A stretch of DNA of 62,114 bases, the filler included. It is 3 parts of 3 records of this genome, joined end to end, with 100 filler letters (N's around TTAATTAATTAA, not from the genome) between each part and the next. Parts side by side here need not be neighbours in the genome. Positions count along the whole stretch, not along the records: positions 1 to 24,599 come from SRR22947727_1556; 2 more parts are not named here. One strand, written 5' to 3'. A program made the position numbers and the translations under genes. The notes under the pieces were generated by a model that was not told the origin of the DNA, searched no databases, and saw nothing but the letters and a program-made list of their open reading frames with translations. This document shows, piece by piece, positions 10,873 to 21,504 of the stretch; position 1 is the first letter of the stretch, and each line of letters begins with the position of its first letter.

Positions 10873-12138
10873 ATGAATGTTCTTATTATTGGAAGTGGTG
10901 GAAGGGAACATGCGCTTGCATGGAAAATATCACAAAGCCAAGAAGTAAAAAAAATATTTATCGCACCAGGTAACGGTGGAACTCACCTTGAAAACAATAT
11001 TGAGAATATAAATTTAACTGATATTGAAGATCTTATTAATTTTGCCATAAAACAAAAGATTGATTTAACTGTCGTTGGTCCGGAAGCTCCACTTGCAAAT
11101 GGTATCGTTGATTCCTTTAAAAATAATAATTTAACTATTTTTGGTCCAACAAAAGCTGCTGCTCAACTTGAAAGCTCTAAAGAATTTTCAAAAGAATTTA
11201 TGGCACGTCATAATATTCCAACAGCAAAGTTTGCAACTTTTGAAAATTCTCTATCTGCACATGGATATATAAATAATAATCCTGCTCCAATTGTGATTAA
11301 AGCTGATGGACTGGCATCTGGAAAAGGGGTGGTAGTTGCAATGACAGATAAGGATGCACATGATGCTGTTGATGCAATGTTAAGCGATAAATTATTTGGT
11401 AATGCTGGCACAAAAATAATTATTGAAGAATTTCTTGTTGGTGAAGAAGCTAGTTTTATTGTAATTTGCGATGGATCAACCATATTACCTTTAGACTCAA
11501 GTCAAGATCATAAACGTTTACTCGATAATGATGCTGGGCCCAATACAGGTGGAATGGGTGCCTACTCACCTGCACCTTTAGTTACTGATGAAATAAACCA
11601 AAAAATAATGGATCAAGTTATTACTCCTACGATTGAAGGAATGAAAAAAGAAGGTATTGAATTTTCTGGTTTTTTGTACGCTGGCATAATCGTTGATGCC
11701 GAAAGTAATATCAAAACTCTTGAATTTAATTGTCGTATGGGTGACCCAGAAACACAACCTATTTTATTTAGAATGCAAGGTGATTTATTCTCAGTTCTTT
11801 ATAAAGCTGCCAAACAGCAACTTCATGGTATTGAAATAAAATGGGAGGATGAACATGCAATTACAATAGTTATGGCTTGCAAAAATTATCCTACAAAACC
11901 AATCCTAGGAAATGAAATAGAGCTTCCAGATACTAAAGACAAAAATACTTTTATATTTCATGCAGGAACTGTTTTAAAAAATCAAAAACTATTAACATCT
12001 GGTGGTCGTGTTTTAGGGATTACTGCAAAAGGTGAGACACTAGAAATTGCAAAAAATAAAGCTTACAGTGTATTAAAAAAAGTTAAATTTGATGGAGCAC
12101 AATTTCGAACAGACATTGGAAAAAAAGCATTAAACTAA
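10873..12138 (+). CDS. purD: Phosphoribosylamine--glycine ligase
   Basis: GSGGREHALA, KADGLASGKGV, QDHKR..GPNTGGMGAYSP, EFNCRMGDPETQ. Confidence 0.97.
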   Translation: MNVLIIGSGGREHALAWKISQSQEVKKIFIAPGNGGTHLENNIENINLTDIEDLINFAIKQKIDLTVVGPEAPLANGIVDSFKNNNLTIFGPTKAAAQLESSKEFSKEFMARHNIPTAKFATFENSLSAHGYINNNPAPIVIKADGLASGKGVVVAMTDKDAHDAVDAMLSDKLFGNAGTKIIIEEFLVGEEASFIVICDGSTILPLDSSQDHKRLLDNDAGPNTGGMGAYSPAPLVTDEINQKIMDQVITPTIEGMKKEGIEFSGFLYAGIIVDAESNIKTLEFNCRMGDPETQPILFRMQGDLFSVLYKAAKQQLHGIEIKWEDEHAITIVMACKNYPTKPILGNEIELPDTKDKNTFIFHAGTVLKNQKLLTSGGRVLGITAKGETLEIAKNKAYSVLKKVKFDGAQFRTDIGKKALN

Positions 12139-12142
12139 AGTT

Positions 12143-12682
12143 GTGAGAAATTTAAGGTTAAAAAGATTTATTATAAATGGGGGAGTAGTTGCCTACCCTA
12201 CAGAATCCTGTTTTGGCTTAGGTTGTGATCCTCATAATTTAAGGGCAATTAAAAAATTAAATATCTTAAAAAAAAGACCCGTAAATAAAAACTTTATTCT
12301 TATCTCTTCTAAACTTAATCAAATTAAAAAAATTCTTCAAGAACTCAATAATTCACAAATTCAAAATCTAAATATGAAGTGGCCTGGACCCCATACCTGG
12401 TTAATTGAGGCAAATCATAAATGTCCATCATGGTTAAGAAAAAAAAATAAAGTTGCGGTTAGAGTTCCTGATTTAAATATTTGTCAAAATTTACTTAATT
12501 CAATTGCTATACCAATTACATCAACGAGCGCTAACAGAACAAAACAGCGCCCTATAAAAAATTATAGGGAAGCTTGTCGTCAATATAAAAAATCAGTTCA
12601 TATTATCAAAGGAAGGATAGGGAAAAACAAAAAACCTAGTCAAATACAAGACTTTGATACAAAAGCTATAATAAGAAGATGA
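12143..12682 (+). CDS. tsaC: Threonylcarbamoyl-AMP synthase (YrdC/Sua5)
   Basis: VAYPTESCFGLGCDP, WPGPHT, AVRVP, TSTSAN. Confidence 0.9.
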   Translation: MRNLRLKRFIINGGVVAYPTESCFGLGCDPHNLRAIKKLNILKKRPVNKNFILISSKLNQIKKILQELNNSQIQNLNMKWPGPHTWLIEANHKCPSWLRKKNKVAVRVPDLNICQNLLNSIAIPITSTSANRTKQRPIKNYREACRQYKKSVHIIKGRIGKNKKPSQIQDFDTKAIIRR

Positions 12683-13587
12683 CTAAAGAAAATATTAATA
12701 TAGAAGCCGTTAAAGAATTTTTCATGAAATTACAAACGGATATTTTAAATGCCATTGAAATTGTCGATGGAAATAATTTTCTAGTTGATTCTTGGCAGAG
12801 ATCAGAAGGTGGTGGTGGAACAACATGCATTTTAGAAAATGGAAAACTTTTTGAAAGAGCAGGTATAGGTTTTTCACATGTCTTAGGCTCACAGCTTCCT
12901 AAATCAGCAACTGATGCGCACCCCGAAATTACCAATAGTAAATGGGAGGCGATGGGTGTTTCACTAGTTTTCCATCCACATAACCCTTTTATACCAACTG
13001 TTCATATGAATGTAAGGTTTTTTAATGCTCACAAAAATAATAAGGATACTTGGTGGTTTGGTGGTGGAATGGATTTAACTCCCTATTATGGTTTTGTTGA
13101 AGATGCTAAACATTTTCATAATACAATTAAAACAACCTTAAACCCTTTTGGTAAAAAACTTTATCCCGAGTTTAAAAAAAATTGTGATGAATATTTTTTC
13201 TTAAAACACCGTAATGAACCACGGGGAATCGGTGGTATTTTTTTTGATGACTTTAATATGCAAGGGTTTGACTTCTCCTTTGATTTCACTAAAGAAGTAG
13301 GTAACACATTCTTAAAAGCATACCTGCCAATACTTCAAAAAAGAAGAAATCATAAATTTACAGACAAGGAGAAACAATTTCAACAATACCGAAGAGGAAG
13401 ATATGTTGAATTTAATTTGCTCCAGGATAGAGGAACACTTTTTGGTATTCAGTCAAAAGGACGTGTCGAGTCAATCTTAATGTCCATGCCGCCATCAGTT
13501 AAGTGGGAATATGACTTTACTCCAAAAAAAGGTAGCAAAGAAGAAGAGTTATATTCTAAATTCTTAATTACAAAGGACTGGGTGTAA
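12679..13587 (+). CDS. hemF: Oxygen-dependent coproporphyrinogen III oxidase
   Basis: GVSLVFHPHNPFIPTVHMNVR, WWFGGGMDLTPYY, RRGRYVEFNL. Confidence 0.96.
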   Translation: MTKENINIEAVKEFFMKLQTDILNAIEIVDGNNFLVDSWQRSEGGGGTTCILENGKLFERAGIGFSHVLGSQLPKSATDAHPEITNSKWEAMGVSLVFHPHNPFIPTVHMNVRFFNAHKNNKDTWWFGGGMDLTPYYGFVEDAKHFHNTIKTTLNPFGKKLYPEFKKNCDEYFFLKHRNEPRGIGGIFFDDFNMQGFDFSFDFTKEVGNTFLKAYLPILQKRRNHKFTDKEKQFQQYRRGRYVEFNLLQDRGTLFGIQSKGRVESILMSMPPSVKWEYDFTPKKGSKEEELYSKFLITKDWV

Positions 13588-13595
13588 AATTTATA

Positions 13596-14990
13596 ATGCT
13601 TGAGCAACTATTCAGAAAAAAAGATATTGTAGGTGATAAAAATACACAATTAAAAAGATGTCTCAATGCTTTTGACCTTACCCTTCTTGGTATAGGCTGT
13701 ATTATTGGTACAGGAATCTTTGTGTTGACAGGAATTGTTGCTGCTACCCATTCAGGCCCGGCGATTATAATCTCATTTCTTATCGCTGGCATTGCCTGCG
13801 CATTTGCTGCGTTATCTTATGCTGAGCTTTCATCATCTATTGGAGGCTGCGGAAGTGCCTATGGATATTCTTATGTAGCCTTTGGAGAATTATTTGCCTG
13901 GATAATTGGCTGGATACTTTTGTTAGAGTATGGCGTTGCAATTGCTGCGGTAGCAAGTGGATGGTCAGGCTACTTTAATAACGCTTTAGTGGCCATAAAC
14001 CTTGGGCTTCCTGAATATTTAATCAACCCACCAAGCTCAGGTGGCATAATTAATCTTCCTGCATCATTAATTATTCTTTCGATCATGTTGCTTTTAATAG
14101 CTGGAGTTAAAAAGAGTGTAAAGTTAAACACCATTATGGTTTTTATTAAAATTAGTGCAATTTTAGTATTTATTTTTATTGCTATCTTTAATGTAAATCC
14201 AAATAATTGGTCTCCATTTGTCCCTTTTGGATGGTTTGATAGGTTACCAGATGGGGAGACTATAGGAATCTTTGCAGGGGCATCGATTGTGTTCTTTGCT
14301 TATGTAGGTTTCGATGCTGTTTCTACTGCAGCAGAAGAGGCAATCAATCCACAAAGAGATTTACCAAAAGGTATTGTTTATTCATTGATCTTTTGCACAA
14401 TTTTTTACATTATCGTTTCAGCACTGCTTACCGGGGTTGTTTATTATGAAAATTTAAATGTATCAGACCCTGTCGCATTTGCCTTATCTCAACTTGGGTA
14501 CACATGGTCATCTGCTCTTGTTGCTACAGGGGCAATTTTTGGACTGGCAACGGTGATGCTTGTTTTATTTTATGCTCTAACGAGAGTTATTTTTTCTATG
14601 AGCCGTGATGGATTATTGCCTGAGTATTTAAACAAAGTAAATAAAAAAACTCAAACGCCAATAAAAGTCATTCTAACTACTGGAATTTTAATCTCAAGTA
14701 TTGCAGGGTTTGTGTCTCTAGGTGAGCTTGCCGAAATCGTTAATATCGGAACACTATCAGCTTTTGTTATAGTTTGTATTGGTGTAATAGCACTTCGATC
14801 AAAACATAAAAAAGATACCTTTAAAAATAAATGGCACCCATTGGTTCCTTTAATGGGTATTTTTTGTTGTGGTGCTTTGATGTTTTTTCTCCCATCAGAT
14901 ACATGGATGAGATTCTTAATCTGGCTATTTTTTGGATTAATTTTTTATTTCATTTATTCAAAAAAACACAGCAAGCTTAACCAAATTTAA
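13596..14990 (+). CDS. Amino acid permease (APC superfamily, CAT-like)
   Basis: GIGCIIGTGIF, FFAYVGFDAVSTAAEE, MSRDGLLP; about 12 TM segments. Confidence 0.9.
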   Translation: MLEQLFRKKDIVGDKNTQLKRCLNAFDLTLLGIGCIIGTGIFVLTGIVAATHSGPAIIISFLIAGIACAFAALSYAELSSSIGGCGSAYGYSYVAFGELFAWIIGWILLLEYGVAIAAVASGWSGYFNNALVAINLGLPEYLINPPSSGGIINLPASLIILSIMLLLIAGVKKSVKLNTIMVFIKISAILVFIFIAIFNVNPNNWSPFVPFGWFDRLPDGETIGIFAGASIVFFAYVGFDAVSTAAEEAINPQRDLPKGIVYSLIFCTIFYIIVSALLTGVVYYENLNVSDPVAFALSQLGYTWSSALVATGAIFGLATVMLVLFYALTRVIFSMSRDGLLPEYLNKVNKKTQTPIKVILTTGILISSIAGFVSLGELAEIVNIGTLSAFVIVCIGVIALRSKHKKDTFKNKWHPLVPLMGIFCCGALMFFLPSDTWMRFLIWLFFGLIFYFIYSKKHSKLNQI

Positions 14991-15005
14991 AAAAAATTTT
15001 TCTAT

Positions 15006-15887
15006 TTAATATTCTTGAACAGAATATTCAGTTGAAATATTATGCGAGAGTTTAGGGTAAATTACCACAGAGTTTTCTAAAGTATTTGCTGTTTCAATAC
15101 ATATCATTCTTCTCCATTCCTCATTTTCCCCCATATCACTCATTTCATTTGCTTTAGCTTCCCCCGGATTCCATATGACTAAGGAATTACTGTTAGACTT
15201 TTTAATATTAATTATTCTATTTAATTTTTTATCCTCTAAATAACAATCATTACTGGAATTTAGATACACCCTATCAATAGGTGATTTAAAGGATATTGTT
15301 TGATTTTCAATTCCTTTTTTAAAATTCTGATTCTTATCAGTAAATAATGCATTTTCTAAGCCTGTTACCTTTACATTATTTATATCGGAAACATAAAAAT
15401 ACGTATGGAAGCCTTCACTTATCGTAAACGGGCTATCAGATAAATTCGTTGTTTTTAAATTAAGGTTCAAACTTTCTCCAATCACAATTGTTAGAATAAG
15501 TTCAAAATTATATGTCAGTTGCCGCTTTACAGTTTCTGTTGGCATCATCCTAAGTACAACTTTAGTTGCGTCGTTTTTTAAATCACTTGATTCTATTAAC
15601 TCCCAAGGTATGACTCTCGCAAATCCATGTAAACAAAAGCTGTTATCTGTTGGGTGCTCTCCAAACCAAGGCCAACAAATGGGGACTCCACCTCTAATTG
15701 ATCTTCCTTCTTCATAACGTGCATTGGATGAAAGCCAAAGTACATCATCCTTTATAGTGTTTGGTTTCCACCAATCTACATGGGCTCCTTGGAGCGCAAT
15801 CCTTGCTTCTGCTTGAGAATTTTTTATTTCTAAAAATTCTAATCCATCTTGATTTTTAAAAATTTTTAAATTTTTACTTAATTTCAT
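15006..15887 (-). CDS. D-hexose-6-phosphate mutarotase (YeaD-like)
   Basis: IRGGVPICWPWFG, HGFAR, FHTYF, VIWNPG, MICIE. Confidence 0.9.
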   Translation of the reverse strand: MKLSKNLKIFKNQDGLEFLEIKNSQAEARIALQGAHVDWWKPNTIKDDVLWLSSNARYEEGRSIRGGVPICWPWFGEHPTDNSFCLHGFARVIPWELIESSDLKNDATKVVLRMMPTETVKRQLTYNFELILTIVIGESLNLNLKTTNLSDSPFTISEGFHTYFYVSDINNVKVTGLENALFTDKNQNFKKGIENQTISFKSPIDRVYLNSSNDCYLEDKKLNRIINIKKSNSNSLVIWNPGEAKANEMSDMGENEEWRRMICIETANTLENSVVIYPKLSHNISTEYSVQEY

Positions 15888-17743
15888 TAGTATTTTTTTA
15901 ATTGGCTGATATCTCTTACAGCCCCATTTGACGCACTTGTTGTCATCATCGCATAGGCTTTGAGAGCATCTGATACCTTACGCTGTCTCGGCTTGGGTTG
16001 CCAAGCATTTTCTTTTTTATTCATGACCTCTCTTCTCTCTTGCAATACTTCATCACTGATTTTTAAATTTATTGTTCTATTAGGGATATTAATTTCAATA
16101 ATATCTCCTTCTTCTACCAATGCAATTGCACCACCTTCAGCAGCTTCAGGTGAAATATGCCCTATACTTAAGCCTGAAGTACCTCCAGAAAATCTTCCAT
16201 CAGTTAATAAAGCACAAACTTTTCCGAGTCCTTTACCTTTTAGATGTGCCGTTGGATATAGCATCTCTTGCATACCCGGCCCACCTTTTGGCCCTTCATA
16301 AATAATCAAAACAATATCACCTTTTTTTATTTTATCTGCCGAGATTGCTTCAACAGCACTATCTTGTGACTCAAAAATCTTAACTTTTCCAGTGAATTTT
16401 AATATTCCCTCATCAACGCCCGCAGTTTTAACAATGCAACCATCTAACGCAATATTTCCATACAACACTGCTAATCCACCGTCTTGACTGTAAGCATTTT
16501 TTTTATTTCTTATACAGCCATTTTCTCTGTCTAAATCTAATGAGGGCCAAATCCGATCTTGACTAAATGCTTGAGTGGTTCTTATACCTCCTGGTGCTGC
16601 TGAGAAAAATTTTCTAATCTTTTCATCTTGCGTATTTACAATATCCCATTGATTTATTGCTTCCCCTAGGGTTGATGCATGGACACAATTTACATTTTCA
16701 TTAATCTTATTTGCTCTTTTTAGCTCTCCTAGCAATCCAAAAACACCGCCTGCTCTATGAACGTCTTCCATATGATATTTTTGTGATGCAGGGGCTAACT
16801 TCGCTAAACAAGGAACATTTCTTGAAATCTTATCTATATCTTTCATAGTGAAATCAACTTTGGCTTCTCTCGCAGCAGCAAGCAAATGTAAAACTGTATT
16901 TGTTGATCCTCCCATGGCAACGTCCAAACTCATTGCATTCTCAAACGCTTCCTTTGTTGCAATCTCCCTAGGCAAAATTCCCTTTTCATTTTTTTCATAA
17001 TATCTCTTTGTTATGTCTACTATTCTTTTTCCTGCATCTAAAAATAAATTTTTTCTTAACACATGAGTTGCTAGGGTACTTCCATTGCCCGGCAAACTTA
17101 GGCCTAAGGCCTCAGTCAAGCAATTCATAGAATTCGCTGTAAACATACCAGAGCAAGATCCACATGTTGGACATGCAGACTCTTCAAGCTCTTTTAACTT
17201 AATGTCTGATACTGTTTTATCTTCCGATCCAATCATAGGGGATACTAAGTCAATTTTTGTAACTGCATTTTCCCAATTAACCTTACCAGCCTCCATAGGT
17301 CCGCCCGATACAAAAATAACCGGGATATTAATTCGCATTGCTGCCATCAACATGCCTGGGGTGATTTTGTCACAATTTGAGATACACACCATGGCATCTG
17401 CGCAATGTGCATTTACCATATACTCTACGCTGTCTGCAATTAATTCTCTACTTGGCAGACTATAGAGCATGCCGTCATGGCCCATGGCAATTCCATCATC
17501 CACTGCAATCGTATTAAATTCCTTAGCCACACCTCCATACTTCTCAATTTCTCTAGCCACTAATTGGCCCATATCTTTGAGATGCACGTGTCCTGGAACA
17601 AACTGAGTGAAGGAATTGACGACAGCGATGATAGGCTTAACAAAATCGTCATCCTTCATCCCGGTTGCACGCCAAAGTGCCCTTGCCCCCGCCTGGCTTC
17701 TTCCTTCTGTGGTCGTTCTTGATCTATATTTTGGCATTACCAT
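15887..17743 (-). CDS. ilvD: Dihydroxy-acid dehydratase
   Basis: [56 protein letters not shown]. Confidence 0.97.
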   Translation of the reverse strand: MVMPKYRSRTTTEGRSQAGARALWRATGMKDDDFVKPIIAVVNSFTQFVPGHVHLKDMGQLVAREIEKYGGVAKEFNTIAVDDGIAMGHDGMLYSLPSRELIADSVEYMVNAHCADAMVCISNCDKITPGMLMAAMRINIPVIFVSGGPMEAGKVNWENAVTKIDLVSPMIGSEDKTVSDIKLKELEESACPTCGSCSGMFTANSMNCLTEALGLSLPGNGSTLATHVLRKNLFLDAGKRIVDITKRYYEKNEKGILPREIATKEAFENAMSLDVAMGGSTNTVLHLLAAAREAKVDFTMKDIDKISRNVPCLAKLAPASQKYHMEDVHRAGGVFGLLGELKRANKINENVNCVHASTLGEAINQWDIVNTQDEKIRKFFSAAPGGIRTTQAFSQDRIWPSLDLDRENGCIRNKKNAYSQDGGLAVLYGNIALDGCIVKTAGVDEGILKFTGKVKIFESQDSAVEAISADKIKKGDIVLIIYEGPKGGPGMQEMLYPTAHLKGKGLGKVCALLTDGRFSGGTSGLSIGHISPEAAEGGAIALVEEGDIIEINIPNRTINLKISDEVLQERREVMNKKENAWQPKPRQRKVSDALKAYAMMTTSASNGAVRDISQLKKY

Positions 17744-17795
17744 TAATTCCTAAATTTTTTATTACATTGCAATTTTAACTTATAATTGCTTCTAT

Positions 17796-18584
17796 ATGCT
17801 TACTCATCCTGAATTTGATCCCATTGCAATATCAATAGGTCCAGTGGCACTTCATTGGTATGGACTCATGTACTTCATTGGTTTTTTATCTTTTATATAT
17901 TTTGGAAAAAAACAATTAAGAATTCAAACATGGTCTTTAATCGATAAAAAGATATTGGATGATATATTTTTTTACGGAGCTCTTGGTGTGATATTGGGTG
18001 GACGACTTGGGTACGTTCTATTTTATCAGCCTGAGTATTATTTAAATAATCCCGCTGAAATATTTGCTTTTTGGCAAGGTGGGATGTCTTTTCATGGTGG
18101 CTTCTTAGGTGTATTGATCGGGATGATGATGATAGCAAGGAGATATCAAATCCGATGGTTGGTCATAACAGATTTTATTGCCCCATTGGTTCCTTTAGGT
18201 TTAGGTTTTGGAAGGATTGGCAATTTTATTAATCAAGAGTTATGGGGGAGGCCAACAGATGCAGCATGGGGAATGATTTTCCCTGCGGTAGATGATATAA
18301 CCAGGCATCCATCTCAGCTTTATCAATCTTTTTTTGAAGGGCTCATTCTTTTCTTAATTCTTTGGTTTTATGCAAAAAAACAAAGAGGGGTGGGTAAAAT
18401 TTCTGCTTTATTTTTAATTTTTTATGGCCTATTTAGATTTTTAATTGAGTTTACGAGAGAACCCGATGGTCATCTAGGTCTGCTTTATTTAGATTTTTCT
18501 ATGGGTCAGTGGCTATCACTACCCATGCTCGTAATTGGTATTTTTATGTACTTTAAAAAGTTTCCTGCTAACAACAACGATTGA
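17796..18584 (+). CDS. lgt: Prolipoprotein diacylglyceryl transferase
   Basis: [46 protein letters not shown]. Confidence 0.96.
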   Translation: MLTHPEFDPIAISIGPVALHWYGLMYFIGFLSFIYFGKKQLRIQTWSLIDKKILDDIFFYGALGVILGGRLGYVLFYQPEYYLNNPAEIFAFWQGGMSFHGGFLGVLIGMMMIARRYQIRWLVITDFIAPLVPLGLGFGRIGNFINQELWGRPTDAAWGMIFPAVDDITRHPSQLYQSFFEGLILFLILWFYAKKQRGVGKISALFLIFYGLFRFLIEFTREPDGHLGLLYLDFSMGQWLSLPMLVIGIFMYFKKFPANNND

Positions 18585-18750
18585 TTTTATTCCATTTTCC
18601 CTCAAGCTTTGATTGAAAAAATTTTGATCTTGATAAAGGAACATCTTTATGATGTTTTTTACAACGTCTAAAATTTTCTAAATAAACTTCATAGTCATTA
18701 TCCCCACTGACAGTTCGAACGTAATTCCATATATTTTTTATATTAAACAT
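18568..18750 (-). CDS. YbdD/YjiX-family small protein associated with CstA
   Basis: 60 aa directly downstream of cst[22 protein letters not shown]-terminus typical of the family. Confidence 0.8.
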   Translation of the reverse strand: MFNIKNIWNYVRTVSGDNDYEVYLENFRRCKKHHKDVPLSRSKFFQSKLEGKWNKINRCC

Positions 18751-20770
18751 TTGATAATTTTCTCTTATGTTTATTAAATTTTGTTTTTAATGCAATCCTA
18801 ATAACGTCAATGACGACTACCCATAAAATTATTACTAAAAATATAGTAATGCCAGCATCAAGTTTCAAATTAAAAATTAGCTTTTCGGCAACATCAATTC
18901 CATATTTAGGAATATATCCTTCATTAATTTTTTTTGACATCGAACTTGCTGCTGAAAGAAAACCTATGCGAATATCCTCACTAAATATTTTTTGATAGGA
19001 GGCGGTTGTAGTAATTATCAATAGCCAAACCAATGGGATTGCCGTAATCCAAGCAAAACTGATCTTGTCTGACTTAATTAATATCGCTGTACCCACACTT
19101 AAAGCAATTGCTGCTAACATTTGATTAGCAATACCAAACAAAGGCCATAATATATTTACACCCCCATTAGGGTCAATTACGCCGATGTAAAGAAAATAAC
19201 CCCAGCAAGAAACTACTATAAAGCTAGTCAGTATAATTGAGGGTAGCCACGAAGTTTGTCCTAGTTTTGGATGAAAATTACCCAACATATCTTGCAGCAT
19301 AAATCTACCTACTCTTGTACCCGAGTCCAAGGTAGTTAAAATAAATACAGCTTCAAACATGATGGCAAAGTGATACCAAAGAGCAAGCAGATGTTTTCCA
19401 AATGCATTAGCAAAAATAGTAGCCATACCCACGGCTAGTGATGGTGCTCCACCTGTTCTTGCAAATAATGTTGATTCTCCAACATCTTTTGCTAATTGAT
19501 TCATTTGCTCAACAGTAACCGCGTAACCCCATGAATTAATTTTACTTATTATTTGGTTTGGTTCTGTTCCAACAACCCCTGCTGGACTATTAATTGCAAA
19601 ATATATTCCAGGCTCTAAAACACACGCGGCTACCATTGCCATAATTGCAACAAAAGATTCAAGGAGCATTCCACCATAACCAATCATTGGAATATGTTTT
19701 TCATTATCAATTAATTTTGGTGTTGTACCCGATGATATTAACGCATGGAATCCTGAAATAGCTCCACATGCAATTGTGATAAAAACAAATGGAAAGACAC
19801 TTCCCCCAAATATTGGTCCTGATCCATCAGTAAACTGAGTAACCGCAGGCATTTTTATTTCGGGCTGCAAAATTGCAATTGCAATGGCAAGAAAAATGAC
19901 TGTCCCGAGCTTTACAAAGGTTGATAAATAATCTCTAGGCGCAAGCAACATCCAAATCGGCAAGACAGCAGCAATAAAACCATAAATGATAAGCGCCCAT
20001 GCTAAAAAGAGGCCACTATGGTCAAAATAACTTCTCATAGATTCAGAATTATCAACAACACTACCCAGATAAACTGCCATTAAAAGTAAAATGACTCCGA
20101 TAGCAGTCGCTTCTAAAACTCTTCCTGGGCGAATAAATCGCATATAAAAACCAACAAGGATTGCTATGGGGATTGTGGCAGCAACTGTAGATGTTGCCCA
20201 AGGACTATTTTTCATTGCATTGACAACAACTAAACCTAGAACTGCAATTAGAATAATCATGATTATAAAAGTACCAATCAAAGAGGCAAAGCCTGCTAAT
20301 ACACCCAGCTCCTCTTTAGCCATTTGACCTAAACTTTTACCATTCCTTCTAACTGAAAAAAATAAAATAACCATATCTTGAACAGCACCGCCTACAACCG
20401 CACCAACCAAAATCCAAATTGTGCCAGGTAGATAACCAAATTGTGCTGCAAGTGTAGGTCCAACAAGAGGTCCTGGGCCGGCAATGGCTGCAAAATGAAT
20501 GCCGAATAAAACCCATTTATTTGTTGGGACAAAATCTCTGCTATTGTTTAATCTGACTGCAGGAGTCTGAATCGACTCATCTATTACTAAAGCCTTTGTT
20601 GCAATCCAGGCTGAGTAAAACCTATAAGCAACCGTATAGATACAAATTGCAGCTGTGATAAACCATATTGCATTAATTGACTCTTCTCTTTGAAGTGCTA
20701 TCAAAGAAAATGCAAAGGCCCCTAAGATCGATACAAGTCCCCAAATAATTTTATTTTTTATATTTTTCAT
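18743..20770 (-). CDS. cstA: Carbon starvation protein A family transporter (peptide/pyruvate)
   Basis: HFAAIAGPGPLVGP, LLAPRDYLS, IACGAISGFH, LWPLFGIANQ. Confidence 0.93.
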   Translation of the reverse strand: MKNIKNKIIWGLVSILGAFAFSLIALQREESINAIWFITAAICIYTVAYRFYSAWIATKALVIDESIQTPAVRLNNSRDFVPTNKWVLFGIHFAAIAGPGPLVGPTLAAQFGYLPGTIWILVGAVVGGAVQDMVILFFSVRRNGKSLGQMAKEELGVLAGFASLIGTFIIMIILIAVLGLVVVNAMKNSPWATSTVAATIPIAILVGFYMRFIRPGRVLEATAIGVILLLMAVYLGSVVDNSESMRSYFDHSGLFLAWALIIYGFIAAVLPIWMLLAPRDYLSTFVKLGTVIFLAIAIAILQPEIKMPAVTQFTDGSGPIFGGSVFPFVFITIACGAISGFHALISSGTTPKLIDNEKHIPMIGYGGMLLESFVAIMAMVAACVLEPGIYFAINSPAGVVGTEPNQIISKINSWGYAVTVEQMNQLAKDVGESTLFARTGGAPSLAVGMATIFANAFGKHLLALWYHFAIMFEAVFILTTLDSGTRVGRFMLQDMLGNFHPKLGQTSWLPSIILTSFIVVSCWGYFLYIGVIDPNGGVNILWPLFGIANQMLAAIALSVGTAILIKSDKISFAWITAIPLVWLLIITTTASYQKIFSEDIRIGFLSAASSMSKKINEGYIPKYGIDVAEKLIFNLKLDAGITIFLVIILWVVVIDVIRIALKTKFNKHKRKLSNV

Positions 20771-20774
20771 TAAT

Positions 20775-21461
20775 TTAATAGTAAATTTTACTCAAAGGAG
20801 TTTCAGGATCTTTTGGAACAAAAGAAACTATCTTATCAATTATTTTCTGGGTTGACCACAAGACTGCTACAGCATCTAAAATATCATCATCCGCAACATC
20901 TTTTTTTTTAAATTTAGCTCTCACTTCTTCAAAATTAAATTTAGGGAAAAATTTTTTTAGTAATAAATATCTCATTTTAAATCCATCATTAGTTTTTTTT
21001 CCAAATTCAATAACTTTCATATCATTCATTGCCATAAAACTTAGTTCAGGATGAACTTCGTATAATTTTAAATTTTTTTCTTTTTGGCAAAAAAGTGTTC
21101 TCGCTTCCTTTATTTTTTCAAATAAAAACCATGTTTGTTTTGAAAGCTTTTTTCCACAAACAGAAAAATTAATTTCACAAGCATCCCTATAACTTTTAGC
21201 AAGTAAAGTTTTTTTAGCAGGCGCTGAAAAGATAGTAGAAGCCCTAGATTTTAACAAAGCTCGGGCCTCTTTATCGGCCATACGAAAACCATATTCATGA
21301 ATTTGAAGTGGGATATCAATTCCTGCTATTGCCTCTTTTCTAATTAATTTTTCTAATTGATCTAATGATTTTATAAAAGTAATGTTTAATTCATTCTCAA
21401 TTTTTTTCTCTGCTACTATCCAGCCAGACTTACAGCCATCAATTCCAAAAACATGATTCAT
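20775..21461 (-). CDS. DUF429 domain protein (predicted RNase H-like fold nuclease)
   Basis: Likely start MNHVFGIDGCKSGW at 21461 (the longer ORF overlaps coaBC); GIDIP, EVHPELSF, DDILDA. Confidence 0.8.
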   Translation of the reverse strand: MNHVFGIDGCKSGWIVAEKKIENELNITFIKSLDQLEKLIRKEAIAGIDIPLQIHEYGFRMADKEARALLKSRASTIFSAPAKKTLLAKSYRDACEINFSVCGKKLSKQTWFLFEKIKEARTLFCQKEKNLKLYEVHPELSFMAMNDMKVIEFGKKTNDGFKMRYLLLKKFFPKFNFEEVRAKFKKKDVADDDILDAVAVLWSTQKIIDKIVSFVPKDPETPLSKIYY

Positions 21462-21504
21462 ATTTGTTATAATTTCATATCTAAAAATTAATTTTAACTT
21501 AACT

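Noticed and set aside
18568-18576. Possible selenocysteine at the end of the YbdD/YjiX protein
   Set aside because: The codons are TGT TGT TAG; there is no in-frame TGA, so this is the Cys form.
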